Origin: Candidatus Moraniibacteriota bacterium
GTDB taxonomy: Bacteria; Patescibacteriota; Minisyncoccia; Moranbacterales; UBA1568
Assembly (NCBI GenBank): GCA_041910335.1
Contig: JAYRRF010000024.1
Coordinates: forward strand, 18,529 to 82,528
Direction of reading: 5' to 3'
DNA length: 64,000 nucleotides
Below, in pieces: positions 29,292-38,685 of this stretch. The notes under the pieces are model-generated. The model had not been told where the DNA came from and made no database searches. It saw only the letters and a program-made list of their open reading frames with translations. Both the position numbers and the translations under genes were made by a program. Positions within the stretch are counted from its first letter, which is position 1. Every line of letters begins with the position of its first letter.

Positions 29292-29846
29292 ATGAGTCAA
29301 TCTTACAAAAACTTCTGGAGTCTGAATACTGACGAGGCTGTAGTAACGGGAATTCTAAAGAGTGAGACCGAAAAACAAGTAGAGGTCCTGATGCCGCTCA
29401 ATGCCCAGATGAAAGGAATAGATCTTTTCTTGATGAACGTAAAAAATAAAAAGATTGTCTCAGTTCAGGTAAAAGGGAGTCGTGCGTACGAACCGAAGCC
29501 TACAGAAGTAAAAAAGTATGGAGCGGGTTCTACGGGCTGGTTCTTTCTTTCACAAGATGTATTTGATAAGTCTTCTGCAGACTTTTTTCTTTTTCTGGTG
29601 TATGTAATCTGTGATTCTAGTAAGACGGGTAAAAGAAGCATCGAAACACATACTATCACTATCCCTACCAAAAAAATTAAGGAACTATGTAAAAAATACA
29701 AAAAACCTCATCCAGATAGATATAGCTTTTATTTTTGGGTAAATCCAGAAGAGAAAAAAGCTTTTGACTTTAGAGATCAGTATTATGATGTGAGTCAGTA
29801 TCTAGACAAGAAAGGTTTTGAAGTCTTAAACAAAATTCTAAAATAG
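29292..29846 (+). CDS. Hypothetical protein, possible PD-(D/E)xK-like fold (weak)
   Basis: ATG lies 4 nt after the methyltransferase stop. GIDLFLMNV...KIVSVQVKGS resembles a D...(E/Q)xK core. No firm family assignment. Confidence 0.45.
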   Translation: MSQSYKNFWSLNTDEAVVTGILKSETEKQVEVLMPLNAQMKGIDLFLMNVKNKKIVSVQVKGSRAYEPKPTEVKKYGAGSTGWFFLSQDVFDKSSADFFLFLVYVICDSSKTGKRSIETHTITIPTKKIKELCKKYKKPHPDRYSFYFWVNPEEKKAFDFRDQYYDVSQYLDKKGFEVLNKILK

Positions 29847-29887
29847 GGACAGGGGGGTATTGTTAAAATTGATGGTCTTAAAAATAT

Positions 29888-30355
29888 ATGTCTAATATAA
29901 AATTTGCGCGGAATTTAGTGAAAGGAAAAATTGCTGAGACAGTATTTGCTCAGATGCTTCGTGATACTAAGGAGTTTACTGTGTTGGAGTTTGGCTATGA
30001 GAAAATTATCCCAGAGCTCGTGCAGCGTGGCGCCAAAGAGGGAGATAAGGAGCTGGAAACCTTGCGCACAGCACCAGACTTTGCAGTAATCAATAAGACG
30101 ACAAATAAAGTGCATCTTATCGAAGTAAAGTATCGTAAAACAAAAAAGAAAAGCGATATCTTGGCTATCGCCACGCGTATGACAAAATCTTGGAATCCAT
30201 CATATCTTTTCTTGGCTACTCAAGACGGATTCTATTTTGATGAAGTCCAAGAAATCATAAAAAATTGTGGCAATATAAAACCATTGGCGCATGAACACAT
30301 ACCACAAGAGTTACAAAAAGATTATTTAGAAATACTTAATGCTTTTGAAAAATAA
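29888..30355 (+). CDS. PD-(D/E)xK nuclease-fold protein (YraN/Hjc-like motif arrangement)
   Basis: GKIAETVFAQML (Gly-x-x-A-E helix), then APDFAV, then VHLIEVKYRK (D...E-x-K). Confidence 0.5.
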   Translation: MSNIKFARNLVKGKIAETVFAQMLRDTKEFTVLEFGYEKIIPELVQRGAKEGDKELETLRTAPDFAVINKTTNKVHLIEVKYRKTKKKSDILAIATRMTKSWNPSYLFLATQDGFYFDEVQEIIKNCGNIKPLAHEHIPQELQKDYLEILNAFEK

Positions 30356-30661
30356 ACTAATTTGACTTTTGCTTTGATTCGATCAAAGATCAAAGCATAA
30401 ATGAAGAAATACAAAATTTTCCAAAGCACGCGTGCCAGTTTTGTGGCAGTGAACGAAAGTGGGCAGAGACCCTTATCGATGATGAGTTTTTTTTGGAATA
30501 AAGATACTAGCCAGTATGAGCCAAATAAATTTACTGATGATTTCGAGCATACAGGCAACGATAGATGTTCTCAGTGTAAGAGGAAGTGGACTGGGTTTTA
30601 AGGACTGATTTTTGTTTTCTTTACTCAGAAAGAGTAAAATAAAGAGGTAATCATAAGTGCT

Positions 30662-30925
30662 ATGCGTATGGCAGAATCTCAGAAAAAACGTCACAATTGC
30701 GCGAGTTGCTTCATGCCTTTCAAGGAGGATCCGGGAGTGCGAGAGCATCCTGACTACTGTAGCTATTGCTATCGGAACGGTCAGCATAATGCTGATGGGT
30801 CTACTCTCAAGCATTTTCAGGAGATGTGCTATACCAATATGGTGAAAAATGGCTTACCTCAATGGAAAGCAAAATTCTTTGCTTGGACTATCCAGTTCGC
30901 TCCATACTGGAAAGGAAGAAAATAG
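30662..30925 (+). CDS. Putative zinc-ribbon domain protein (Zn_ribbon_2-like)
   Basis: CASCFMPF ... HPDYCSYCYRNG pattern of two CxxC knuckles, then a C-terminal MCYTNM region. About 87 aa. Confidence 0.5.
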   Translation: MRMAESQKKRHNCASCFMPFKEDPGVREHPDYCSYCYRNGQHNADGSTLKHFQEMCYTNMVKNGLPQWKAKFFAWTIQFAPYWKGRK

Positions 30926-30954
30926 CAAGTTTGTTTCAGTCATATAAAATCGAA

Positions 30955-30990
30955 GGCCCGGGTCACTGCAGTTGCAGGCCCGGGCTTTTC
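30955..30990. terminator. Bidirectional GC-rich hairpin terminator between convergent genes
   Basis: GCCCGGG-TCACTGCAGTTGCAG-GCCCGGGC palindromic stem followed by TTTTC. Confidence 0.6.
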
Positions 30991-30995
30991 GGTTC

Positions 30996-31268
30996 TCATT
31001 GACCAAAGCGTTCCTCGCTTCGGTAGTGACTGGCATAGGTCGACCTGAGGCCGTTTTTGCCTCGCTTCTGGAAGCGTTGCTCCCAGATGTCGAGTTCTTC
31101 TTGGCTCATCTGGTAGAAGATGAGGATGTTGTCAGGCGTGACAATGCCATCATGGATGGCACGGAGGATGACGGCTTTGCGCTCATACGTCATCCGTGCA
31201 TCAGGGGCGGGCAGACGACCATCCCTGACGAGTTCGTCGGGGGCGACCATGGATGCGAGACAGTTCAT
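30996..31268 (-). CDS. DUF1153-family small protein (alphaproteobacterial type, often IS-associated), high GC
   Basis: ERKAVILRAIHDGIVTPDNILIFYQMSQEELDIWEQRFQKRGKNGLRST matches the DUF1153 pattern (LSxEEf.xWq..fxxhG..gLR.T). AAGGAG RBS lies 5 nt upstream of the ATG. Confidence 0.6.
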   Translation of the reverse strand: MNCLASMVAPDELVRDGRLPAPDARMTYERKAVILRAIHDGIVTPDNILIFYQMSQEELDIWEQRFQKRGKNGLRSTYASHYRSEERFGQ

Positions 31269-31339
31269 GTGAGCTCCTTCTCTTGAGAACAGGAATTCAT
31301 TAAAGCATGAGAAGGGGCGTCTGTCTAGAGAGTGAGAGG

Positions 31340-32548
31340 TCAGGCTTTTTTCTTGAAGAAAAGCATGTACCAGGAAGCGAGAGCGAAGCAGCTTCCAGTG
31401 ATGAATGGCATAGCAATGCCAAAGAAGCCAGAACCGAAGCCAGCAAGAAGAGGGATAGTACCTTGGGCAAGGGCCATGAGGGAGCCATTGATACCGAGGG
31501 CGACGCCTTGCTTACTCGGGCCGACGCTTTTACTCACCAGGGCGCTCATGTTGGCCATGGTGAGACCATTGGGGATAGCGAGAAGTGGGATGATGCTATA
31601 AATCCAGATGAGTGATGGCACGAATGGGTAGAGGGAGAGCGCGAAGGCCATGACGAGGATGGTGATGCGGAGAATCTGACGCTCTCGGTAGCGACGACTG
31701 ATGATGCGGAGGATGACTGCCTGAGTGATGATAATCCAAAAACCGACCGCACCGAAGAAAGTACCGATAGCACTCTCAGAGAGACCGAAGCGAGAGACGA
31801 GGAGTATGCCGATGAAAGAGGTGAAAAAAGCAAAGCCAGACGTGTAGAAAAAGCTCGCGATGTAGACTGGTCGAGCATCATGATCGCGCCACGCGGCCTG
31901 GATATTGTGGATGCCTTTCCAGAGGTGGAAGTTCTTTTCTTCTTTTCTGTTATGATGGGTCTCGGTGAGAAAGAGTGAGATGAAGACGACGTTGATGATA
32001 CCGAGAGCTGAGGCGAACCAAAAAGGTGCTGCGGCATTGCCACTGACTGAGACGATGAAGCCACCAAGCATCGGTCCGAGGATGAAGCCAATACCGACCG
32101 CCACACCGATGAGACCGAAGTTGCGGGCACGAAATTCAGGGAGAGTGATATCAGCGATACTGGCCTGAGCGACTGAGAAGTTGCCACCAGCAATACCAGC
32201 GATGATACGACTGATGAAGAGAATGAGGAGGGATCCAGTCTCTATCCCGAAGCCGAAGAGGAGTTGGGAGATGGCTAAGACGCCGACACCGAATGTGATA
32301 ATCTTCTTGCGACCATAGACATCTGAGAGTTCACCGAAAAGTGGGGCGGAGATGAACTGCATGAGCCCGAAGAGTGCCGTAAGAAGCCCAGCCATGGTGT
32401 ACTGTAGGCCAGTAGAATAGCCTTGAAGTATGAAGTCGGGTGAGCTCGGGTCGGTGAAGATGACTGGGATAATCGGGATGAGCATCCCGATACCGATCAT
32501 ATCGAGGAGGATAGTAGCGAAGAGAACGGGGAAAACTTTACGTGCCAT
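31340..32548 (-). CDS. MFS-family transporter (12 TM; drug/H+ antiporter-like)
   Basis: 12 hydrophobic segments. MFS motif A-like [11 protein letters not shown] between TM2 and TM3. Confidence 0.8.
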   Translation of the reverse strand: MARKVFPVLFATILLDMIGIGMLIPIIPVIFTDPSSPDFILQGYSTGLQYTMAGLLTALFGLMQFISAPLFGELSDVYGRKKIITFGVGVLAISQLLFGFGIETGSLLILFISRIIAGIAGGNFSVAQASIADITLPEFRARNFGLIGVAVGIGFILGPMLGGFIVSVSGNAAAPFWFASALGIINVVFISLFLTETHHNRKEEKNFHLWKGIHNIQAAWRDHDARPVYIASFFYTSGFAFFTSFIGILLVSRFGLSESAIGTFFGAVGFWIIITQAVILRIISRRYRERQILRITILVMAFALSLYPFVPSLIWIYSIIPLLAIPNGLTMANMSALVSKSVGPSKQGVALGINGSLMALAQGTIPLLAGFGSGFFGIAMPFITGSCFALASWYMLFFKKKA

Positions 32549-32709
32549 AGCGTTTTATGAATGGATGGATTGGAAGTAAATAAGAATGAGCGTGACAATG
32601 ACAAAACTCGCTACAACAGGTAGGAGAAAGAGAAGTGATTTCATAATAGTTTGGTATGGCCTCATTATACCATCTTTCGGAAGTGCTTGGAGAGGAGTAT
32701 ACTAGAAGC

Positions 32710-33006
32710 ATGACTATCGAAATCCATCCACTCCTTCTCATTCTCTTCGCACTCATCAACGGAGTGGCTTTTGTCGTTATGTTGTGGGATAAGGCTCAGT
32801 CGATGCAGCAAGGCGCAGAACGCATCTCTGAGGGGATGTTGTTTTTCTTGGCGACCATTTTCGGAAGTGTCGGTATCTACGCTGGGATGATGCTCATCCG
32901 TCACAAGAGTCGTAAGTGGTACTTTCTGATCGGTATTCCGCTTCTCATCGCCGAAAACCTCGCCACTCTCTACGTCATCAATCTCTCTCTCAATAACGCA
33001 CTCTAA
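32710..33006 (+). CDS. DUF1294-family membrane protein
   Basis: WDKAQSMQQGAERISEGMLFFLATIFGSVGIYAGMMLIRHKSRKWYF matches DUF1294. The ATG at 32710 has a GAGAGGAG RBS; the ORF-track start at 32656 is an alternative. Confidence 0.55.
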   Translation: MTIEIHPLLLILFALINGVAFVVMLWDKAQSMQQGAERISEGMLFFLATIFGSVGIYAGMMLIRHKSRKWYFLIGIPLLIAENLATLYVINLSLNNAL

Positions 33007-33031
33007 AATAATTCATTAATATAATAAGAGT

Positions 33032-33454
33032 ATGAATTTCTTAGTCATCCTCGGTTGTGGTGTGCTTGCCATGATTATCGGAGCACTATGGTACGGGCCA
33101 GTTCTTTTCGGGAAGGCATTCCTTCGGGCCAATGATTGGCCAGAATGGGAGTCTATGAGTGATGCAGAAAAGGAAGTCAAAATGAAAGAAATGAAATGGA
33201 TGTACCTCATCCAATTCGTCTTTGTCTTGCTCCAGGTCTTCATCCTTTCTAACATGATTCACTACTGGGCGGGTGCGTCTGGCGTGATCATCGCTTTCTT
33301 TATGTGGCTCGGCTTCATCATGCCGACTATTGCAGGCGGTGTCATTTGGAACATGAGTACACCGAAGAAGCGTATCACCTTATTCTGTATCATGAGTGGC
33401 TACCAGCTCGTCTGTATGCTCCTCTTCGGATACATCTTGAGTCACGTCGGCTAA
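33032..33454 (+). CDS. DUF1761-family membrane protein
   Basis: N-terminal AMIIGALWYGPVLFGKAFL motif and 4 TM helices. Confidence 0.55.
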   Translation: MNFLVILGCGVLAMIIGALWYGPVLFGKAFLRANDWPEWESMSDAEKEVKMKEMKWMYLIQFVFVLLQVFILSNMIHYWAGASGVIIAFFMWLGFIMPTIAGGVIWNMSTPKKRITLFCIMSGYQLVCMLLFGYILSHVG

Positions 33455-33470
33455 ATCCCAGTAATTCTTT

Positions 33471-33779
33471 ATGGAGAGAAAAGAAAAAGTACCACACTAC
33501 TGGTTTCGACCAGTGCGGTTTTGGAAAATATGTGCCTGCTACTATCCGAGCTCGAGAGAGGGTGTCGGAGTGACGCTTTTTCTTGTCTTTTTGCTCGGAG
33601 CACTCTTTTACTTTATTGATATGGAGTCGCACTCAGTATCTGATACGTTGATACGTTTCGTACCCTGGCTCTTGGTCGGACTGCTGTTGTTTGACTTGTT
33701 CTGCTTTCGTTTTGGGGAGTACCCAGCCTGGTGGCGGGAGCACAAAAAACGACATCCTTTCTCAAAACACACCAAGTAA
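33471..33779 (+). CDS. Hypothetical small membrane protein
   Basis: ORF with 2-3 TM helices and no motif. It overlaps the next gene's alternative N-terminus. Confidence 0.35.
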   Translation: MERKEKVPHYWFRPVRFWKICACYYPSSREGVGVTLFLVFLLGALFYFIDMESHSVSDTLIRFVPWLLVGLLLFDLFCFRFGEYPAWWREHKKRHPFSKHTK

Positions 33780-33793
33780 CAATAACTAGAGAC

Positions 33794-34573
33794 ATGAAAA
33801 GATACATACTTATTATCATAGGGCTCGTGGTACTCGGAGGAGGCTGGTTTTGGTTGCATGGAGATAAGCAAAAACAAGCTACCACAGTAGAAGCTCCAAA
33901 GATAAATCAGGAAGAACAGCAAGCTAAGGCAAGCGAGCTGCTGGTAGGTATGTACACGGGTACATACAAGAAAAACGATGCCGAGACAGAAGTCATACTC
34001 GTCTTAGGTCAAGATAAGACGGCTACTTTGACGATAGCTACCACGTCAGTAGAGAAGGGTGGCTGGCAGTTTGGCGAAGCAGAGAAAATAGTAGTTGATA
34101 TCCCAGCATCGACGAAGTCATCGGAAGCCAAGAAGCTCGTGTTTGACTATGATACGACGGCAGGAACACTTGAGCTCGATGATTATGATAAAGATGTTTG
34201 GGGGAAAGGTGGACTTGATCTCTCAAAGACACTTGACTTGGTAGGGACGACGTGGGTATGGCTGGAGACCACCTTGGCCGATGGGACAGAAGTACAAGCC
34301 GATGATAAACGGTCGTTTCGCATCACTTTCGGAGAGAAAAACAAGCTTGAGCTTACCACTGACTGTAATCGAGTCTCCGCTAGCTATAAGACGAATAATC
34401 GAGACGAGCTGACTATCGCTCTGGGGGCGATGACAGAGATGGCTTGCGAGGGTTCACATGAAGGAGATTTCTTGAAGGAACTTGGGAGTGTCGAGATGTT
34501 TACTTTGGAAGGAAGTTCGTTGTGGCTTACTCTCAAAGACGAAACAGGGACAATGACATTCACTCGTCAGTAA
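33794..34573 (+). CDS. Membrane-anchored META-domain (HslJ-like/DUF306) protein
   Basis: TM anchor MKRYILIIIGLVVLGGGWFW. C-terminal META pattern TTDCNRVSASYKT...LTIALGAMTEMACEG...GSSLWLTLKDETGTMTF. Confidence 0.65.
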   Translation: MKRYILIIIGLVVLGGGWFWLHGDKQKQATTVEAPKINQEEQQAKASELLVGMYTGTYKKNDAETEVILVLGQDKTATLTIATTSVEKGGWQFGEAEKIVVDIPASTKSSEAKKLVFDYDTTAGTLELDDYDKDVWGKGGLDLSKTLDLVGTTWVWLETTLADGTEVQADDKRSFRITFGEKNKLELTTDCNRVSASYKTNNRDELTIALGAMTEMACEGSHEGDFLKELGSVEMFTLEGSSLWLTLKDETGTMTFTRQ

Positions 34574-34726
34574 CCGCTGATGACTAAAGTGAATCGATGA
34601 AGGGCTGGAGAGGGCTTTGTTTTGGGGTAGATGAATTCTTGTGTTTAGTTGGAAAAAGCCACAAGACTGTGATGAGGAAAAGGAGGCTAACGAGAAGCAA
34701 AGCGATGAGATTCTTGGGCATGAGGT

Positions 34727-35026
34727 TTACTTACCAGTTGGACCAAGATCTGCCCAAGCATCATCGACACGGTCGATCTCTCTGAGACGATCAATTTCTT
34801 TGTCTGGATCAAGAATAGCAGCACGTACTTCATCATCAGTACGTCCGTGGAAACGATGTTTGCCTACTCTCTCGAAGTAGAGTTTCTCTAGGGCCTCACG
34901 ATCAAGGCTAGCCAAATCCAGCTCCGCCGTCTGTTCATCCACAGCATCCTCTTTTTTGGGAAGATTTAAATCGAGTTGCTCCTCAGGGGTTTCCATGAAG
35001 GAGAAATGAAATTGTTGTTCACCCAT
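34727..35026 (-). CDS. Small acidic hypothetical protein
   Basis: Start at the internal ATG (MGEQQFHFSFMETPEEQ...). The ORF-track start at 35128 would overlap the divergent exonuclease gene and add an implausible N-terminus. Confidence 0.4.
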   Translation of the reverse strand: MGEQQFHFSFMETPEEQLDLNLPKKEDAVDEQTAELDLASLDREALEKLYFERVGKHRFHGRTDDEVRAAILDPDKEIDRLREIDRVDDAWADLGPTGK

Positions 35027-35060
35027 AGCAGTAGTTATTAGGCGTATTGATACGGTCATT

Positions 35061-35082
35061 ATAGCATGGTTTGGCATGCTAT
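35061..35082. promoter_or_regulatory. 8-bp perfect inverted repeat (ATAGCATG-gtttgg-CATGCTAT) in a divergent promoter region
   Basis: Seen directly in the sequence between divergent genes 34727..35026 (-) and 35109..35846 (+). Confidence 0.4.
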
Positions 35083-35108
35083 ACTTAAGGGTATTATAGA
35101 ACAAAAAT

Positions 35109-35846
35109 ATGACCAAAAATAACCTCATTTTCCTGGATACTGAGACGACCGGACTGACCCCAGAAGACCGTCTCTGTCAGCTTGCCTATACTTTTCAAGG
35201 AAAGGAATTCGAAGCTCTATTCAAGCCACCACTGCCAATTTCTATCGAAGCAATGTCGGTCACTCATATCACCAATCGCATGGTGGCTGATAAAGAGGTG
35301 TTTGCTGATTCCCGGGCGAAGTCAGAGCTCATCCATCTGTTAGGAGAGGGGAATATACTAGTCGCTCACAATGCACGATTTGATATCGATATGCTCAAGC
35401 GAGAAGGGGTAGAAGTAGGTAAGTATATCGACACCTTCAAGGTCGCCTATGCCTTGGATGAGCAAGGTGAGATCCCACGTTACGCATTGCAGTACCTTCG
35501 TTACTATTTCGACCTCGATGTATCGGAAGCGACAGCGCACAGTGCACTTGGCGATGTACGCGTACTAGTAGCAGTGTTTGACTTTCTGTTTGCCAAGATG
35601 ATGGTGGTGCACCAGGATGAAGACCGGGTCATCGAAGAGATGAGCGCCCTTTCTGATAAGCCTCTTCTCTTCCGCACTTTCACCTTCGGGAAGTATAGTG
35701 GGCAGTCTATCAAAGAAGTCGCTGCTAACGATCAGGGCTATATCGCCTGGCTCCTCAATCAAAAAATCATGAATCGTGAGAATGGTGGTGAAGATGATGA
35801 GAACTGGATTTATACACTCGACTATTATCTCGAAAAAACATCATGA
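35109..35846 (+). CDS. DEDDh 3'-5' exonuclease (DnaQ/ExoX-like) with C-terminal DUF3820-like domain
   Basis: Exo I FLDTETTGL, Exo II VAHNARFDIDML, Exo III HSALGDV. C-terminal FGKYSGQSIKEV...YIAWLL. Confidence 0.8.
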   Translation: MTKNNLIFLDTETTGLTPEDRLCQLAYTFQGKEFEALFKPPLPISIEAMSVTHITNRMVADKEVFADSRAKSELIHLLGEGNILVAHNARFDIDMLKREGVEVGKYIDTFKVAYALDEQGEIPRYALQYLRYYFDLDVSEATAHSALGDVRVLVAVFDFLFAKMMVVHQDEDRVIEEMSALSDKPLLFRTFTFGKYSGQSIKEVAANDQGYIAWLLNQKIMNRENGGEDDENWIYTLDYYLEKTS

Positions 35847-37324
35847 TTCTCACCAAAACTGATTTCAAAGAACATCTCCTGTGTCACAAAAGTTTGTGGC
35901 TCAAAAAGAACAAGCCGGAGCTCTACACGCCAGGAGAGTTTTCTTTGTTTCTGCAAAAAATCTTGAAGGATGGTGATGAAGTAGAGTCATATGTACAGAG
36001 GCTTTTTCCTGAAGGGAAGATGATCCATGGTTCCAATCCAGTTTTGGTTGAGCGAACCAAGGAGCTTCTTCCAGATCAGGGGACGCTCTTTCAGGCAACG
36101 TTTGAGACGGTGGAAGAACTTTTTGCGAAGATAGATATTCTTCAGTGGAACCAAGAGACGGAGAAGTGGGATATCTATGAGGTGAAGGCAAGCACTGAGA
36201 TCAAGAGTGACCTCAAGCACAACCATCTCAAAGACATCACCTTCCAGACACTCGTCGTACGAGAGGTGCTCGGTCGAGAGATGGTAGGTGAAAGCACGCT
36301 CATCTATATCAATAAAGACTATCGCCGTGGTGAAGAACTGAATCTCGAAGAACTTTTCATTTTCGAAAACGTGACCGCGGCAGTCAATGAACAAGCTGGG
36401 GTGGTCTCTAGTGAGATGAACGAAGCACTCCAGCACCTTGGGCAAGAAGAGATCAATTATCAGACCTGCCCGTGTCTGTATCGGACCAATGGTCAGCGTT
36501 GTGATGCGTTCTTTTTCTTCAATCCTGATGTTCCTGCTTATTCAGTGCATCACATAGTGAGCGGAAAAAAACTTGAGGCACTACTCGATATGGGAGTGCT
36601 CAGTATCGAGTCGATTCCAGAAGATTTCAAGTTGACCGCTATTCAGCAGAGTAAGGTAGACTTGGTCAAAAATGGCCAGCCAAGAATTGATCTTGCTGGT
36701 ATCAAGGATGAGTTAGACGGACTGGTCTTCCCACTCTACTTTCTTGACTATGAGACCTATGGATCACCAATTCCGCTCTTACCTGGGTATAAGGCTAATC
36801 AGGCAGTGGTCTTTCAGGTGTCAGTCCACAAGCTTTCAGAAGACGGAGCACTCGAACATTTCGAATATCTTGCTGATGATTTTGTCTCTGCGACCGAAGG
36901 GCTGGTCGCCATGCTTCGTCAGACCATTGGTGAGACAGGGAGTATCATTGTGTGGTATGAGAGTTTTGAGAAGGGGCGTAATAAGGAGCTATCCGAGCTT
37001 CATCCAGAAGCGAGCGGGTTTTTTCTCCAGATGAATGAGCGCATCTTTGATCTGATGAAAGTGTTCACTCAATACTATGCTGATCCGAAGTTTGGTGGGA
37101 GTTTTTCTATCAAGAATGTGTTGCCAGTGTTGTTGCCAGCATTGTCGTATAAGAGTCTCGAAATCCAAAACGGTACCATGGCTCTTTCTGAGTGGGAGAA
37201 GATGGTGCGAGGCAATATGACACCAGAGTACCGGGCACAGGTACGAGAAAATCTTCTTCGTTACTGTGAGCTTGATACTCGTGCGATGGTAGAACTCTAT
37301 CAAGCATTGCAGAAAATGATCTAG
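35843..37324 (+). CDS. Cas4/RecB-like PD-(D/E)xK nuclease (4-Cys cluster) fused to a DUF2779/RNase-H-like C-terminal domain
   Basis: Overlaps the upstream stop (ATGA). Cys14 plus CPCLYRTNGQRC gives four Cys in total. AKIDILQW...DIYEVKAST carries the D and ExK nuclease motifs. C-terminal FLDYET...IVWYESFEK is RNase-H/DEDD-like. Confidence 0.6.
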   Translation: MILTKTDFKEHLLCHKSLWLKKNKPELYTPGEFSLFLQKILKDGDEVESYVQRLFPEGKMIHGSNPVLVERTKELLPDQGTLFQATFETVEELFAKIDILQWNQETEKWDIYEVKASTEIKSDLKHNHLKDITFQTLVVREVLGREMVGESTLIYINKDYRRGEELNLEELFIFENVTAAVNEQAGVVSSEMNEALQHLGQEEINYQTCPCLYRTNGQRCDAFFFFNPDVPAYSVHHIVSGKKLEALLDMGVLSIESIPEDFKLTAIQQSKVDLVKNGQPRIDLAGIKDELDGLVFPLYFLDYETYGSPIPLLPGYKANQAVVFQVSVHKLSEDGALEHFEYLADDFVSATEGLVAMLRQTIGETGSIIVWYESFEKGRNKELSELHPEASGFFLQMNERIFDLMKVFTQYYADPKFGGSFSIKNVLPVLLPALSYKSLEIQNGTMALSEWEKMVRGNMTPEYRAQVRENLLRYCELDTRAMVELYQALQKMI

Positions 37325-37327
37325 TAT

Positions 37328-37570
37328 ATGCGAGTAGCAGTCACAGTCAAAACCAATGCGAGAGAAGAAAAAGTCACAGAATCACGTGGGGGTTCGGCCT
37401 CCAAGTATGGGCGAGAGTTAGTGGTGAGTGTGAAGGCAGTGCCGGTAGAAGGTAAAGCGAATGAGGCTCTGCGCAAAATACTCGCCAAGCACTTCAAGAC
37501 CAGTCCATCATGCATCACGTTGGTACGTGGCACAAGAAGTAAAGAAAAAGTTTTTGATATCCTTTTATGA
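37328..37570 (+). CDS. DUF167 (YggU/UPF0235) family protein
   Basis: VKAVPVEGKANEALRKILAKHFKTSPSCITLVRGTRSKEKVFDI matches DUF167. Confidence 0.65.
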   Translation: MRVAVTVKTNAREEKVTESRGGSASKYGRELVVSVKAVPVEGKANEALRKILAKHFKTSPSCITLVRGTRSKEKVFDILL

Positions 37571-37860
37571 CCAAAGAGTATAAAATCAAGGCCAAAGTCT
37601 TCGTCTATAGCGTTGAGCCAGCGAGCTGGTATTTCGTCAGTATTGATAAAAAAATAACAGAAGAAATAAAAGCAAAAGCGAAGAAGAAAGTGGGGTTTAG
37701 TTTTGTACCAGTCGAGGTGACAGTAGGGAGGACGACTTGGCGGACAACCCTCTTCCCGACCAAGGAAGGTCCATATATACTGGCTCTCAAAAAGATAGTG
37801 CGACAAAAAGAAGATATCCGAGAAGGGGACATAGTGACTGTAAGATTTCATCTGGTTTAG
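37567..37860 (+). CDS. DUF1905-family protein
   Basis: WYFVSI...GFSFVPVEVTVGRTTWRTTLFPTKEGPYILALKKIVRQKEDIREGDIVTV pattern. Confidence 0.55.
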   Translation: MTKEYKIKAKVFVYSVEPASWYFVSIDKKITEEIKAKAKKKVGFSFVPVEVTVGRTTWRTTLFPTKEGPYILALKKIVRQKEDIREGDIVTVRFHLV

Positions 37861-37881
37861 CTAGCTGTTATACTGAAAAAT

Positions 37882-38682
37882 ATGCAAAAAATCGAAATCC
37901 AAAACCGTAAAGGTCAGAAAATAGTCGGACTCCTTAATTTACCAGAAGGTGTGACCAGAGGAACGGCAGTGATTCAGCATGGGTATGGTGGACTCAAAAG
38001 TCAGGCTCATATTCTTAAAATGGAACAAGCATTTCATGATAATGGTTTTGTGACGTTTAATTTTGATACAACGAATTCTTTCGGAGAAAGTGATGGTACA
38101 TACTGGGAGGCGAGACTCGGACTGCATGCCGAAGATCTTGAAGACGTCGTCAAATGGGTAGAGCAACAAGAGTGGTTCGTGAAACCTCTCGCGCTCACCG
38201 GGCATAGCATGGGTGGCTATGCAGTAGCACGGTATGCAGAACACTATCCAGAAGAGGTAGATATACTCGTACCAGTTGCACCAGTTGTCTCCGGTGAGCT
38301 TTCATGGGAAACTCATCAAGAACTTGAACCTGAGGCATTCAGGATTTTTCAAGAAAAAGGGTATAAGGAATCAGTCAGTCAGACTACAGGAATTGTGAAG
38401 AAATCTCCTTGGGCAGAAATGGAAGAGAGACTCGATCATGATCTTCTGCCGTTGGCTAAAAATCTCACTATGCCCACACTTCTAGTAGTAGGCTCACAAG
38501 ATGAAAGTTGCCGTCCTCAGGACATCAAGCTTCTTTACGATGCATTACCTATAAGCACGAAGAAAAATTATGTAGAGATAGAAGGTGCGCCGCATACTTA
38601 TCGTACAGAAGAACATCTACAGTCTCTTTACGATATAATAAACGATTGGCTGAAAGAAGTGGTTTTCAATAATGCCCAATAA
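37882..38682 (+). CDS. Alpha/beta-hydrolase fold protein
   Basis: Nucleophile elbow LTGHSMGGYAV. Acid/His region LLVVGSQDE ... APHTY. Confidence 0.75.
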   Translation: MQKIEIQNRKGQKIVGLLNLPEGVTRGTAVIQHGYGGLKSQAHILKMEQAFHDNGFVTFNFDTTNSFGESDGTYWEARLGLHAEDLEDVVKWVEQQEWFVKPLALTGHSMGGYAVARYAEHYPEEVDILVPVAPVVSGELSWETHQELEPEAFRIFQEKGYKESVSQTTGIVKKSPWAEMEERLDHDLLPLAKNLTMPTLLVVGSQDESCRPQDIKLLYDALPISTKKNYVEIEGAPHTYRTEEHLQSLYDIINDWLKEVVFNNAQ

Positions 38683-38685
38683 ATC

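Noticed and set aside
31546-32193. ORF 31546..32193 (-), 215 aa Ser-rich
   Set aside because: An alternative frame within the MFS transporter gene with low-complexity composition. The 12-TM MFS reading frame is clearly the real one.
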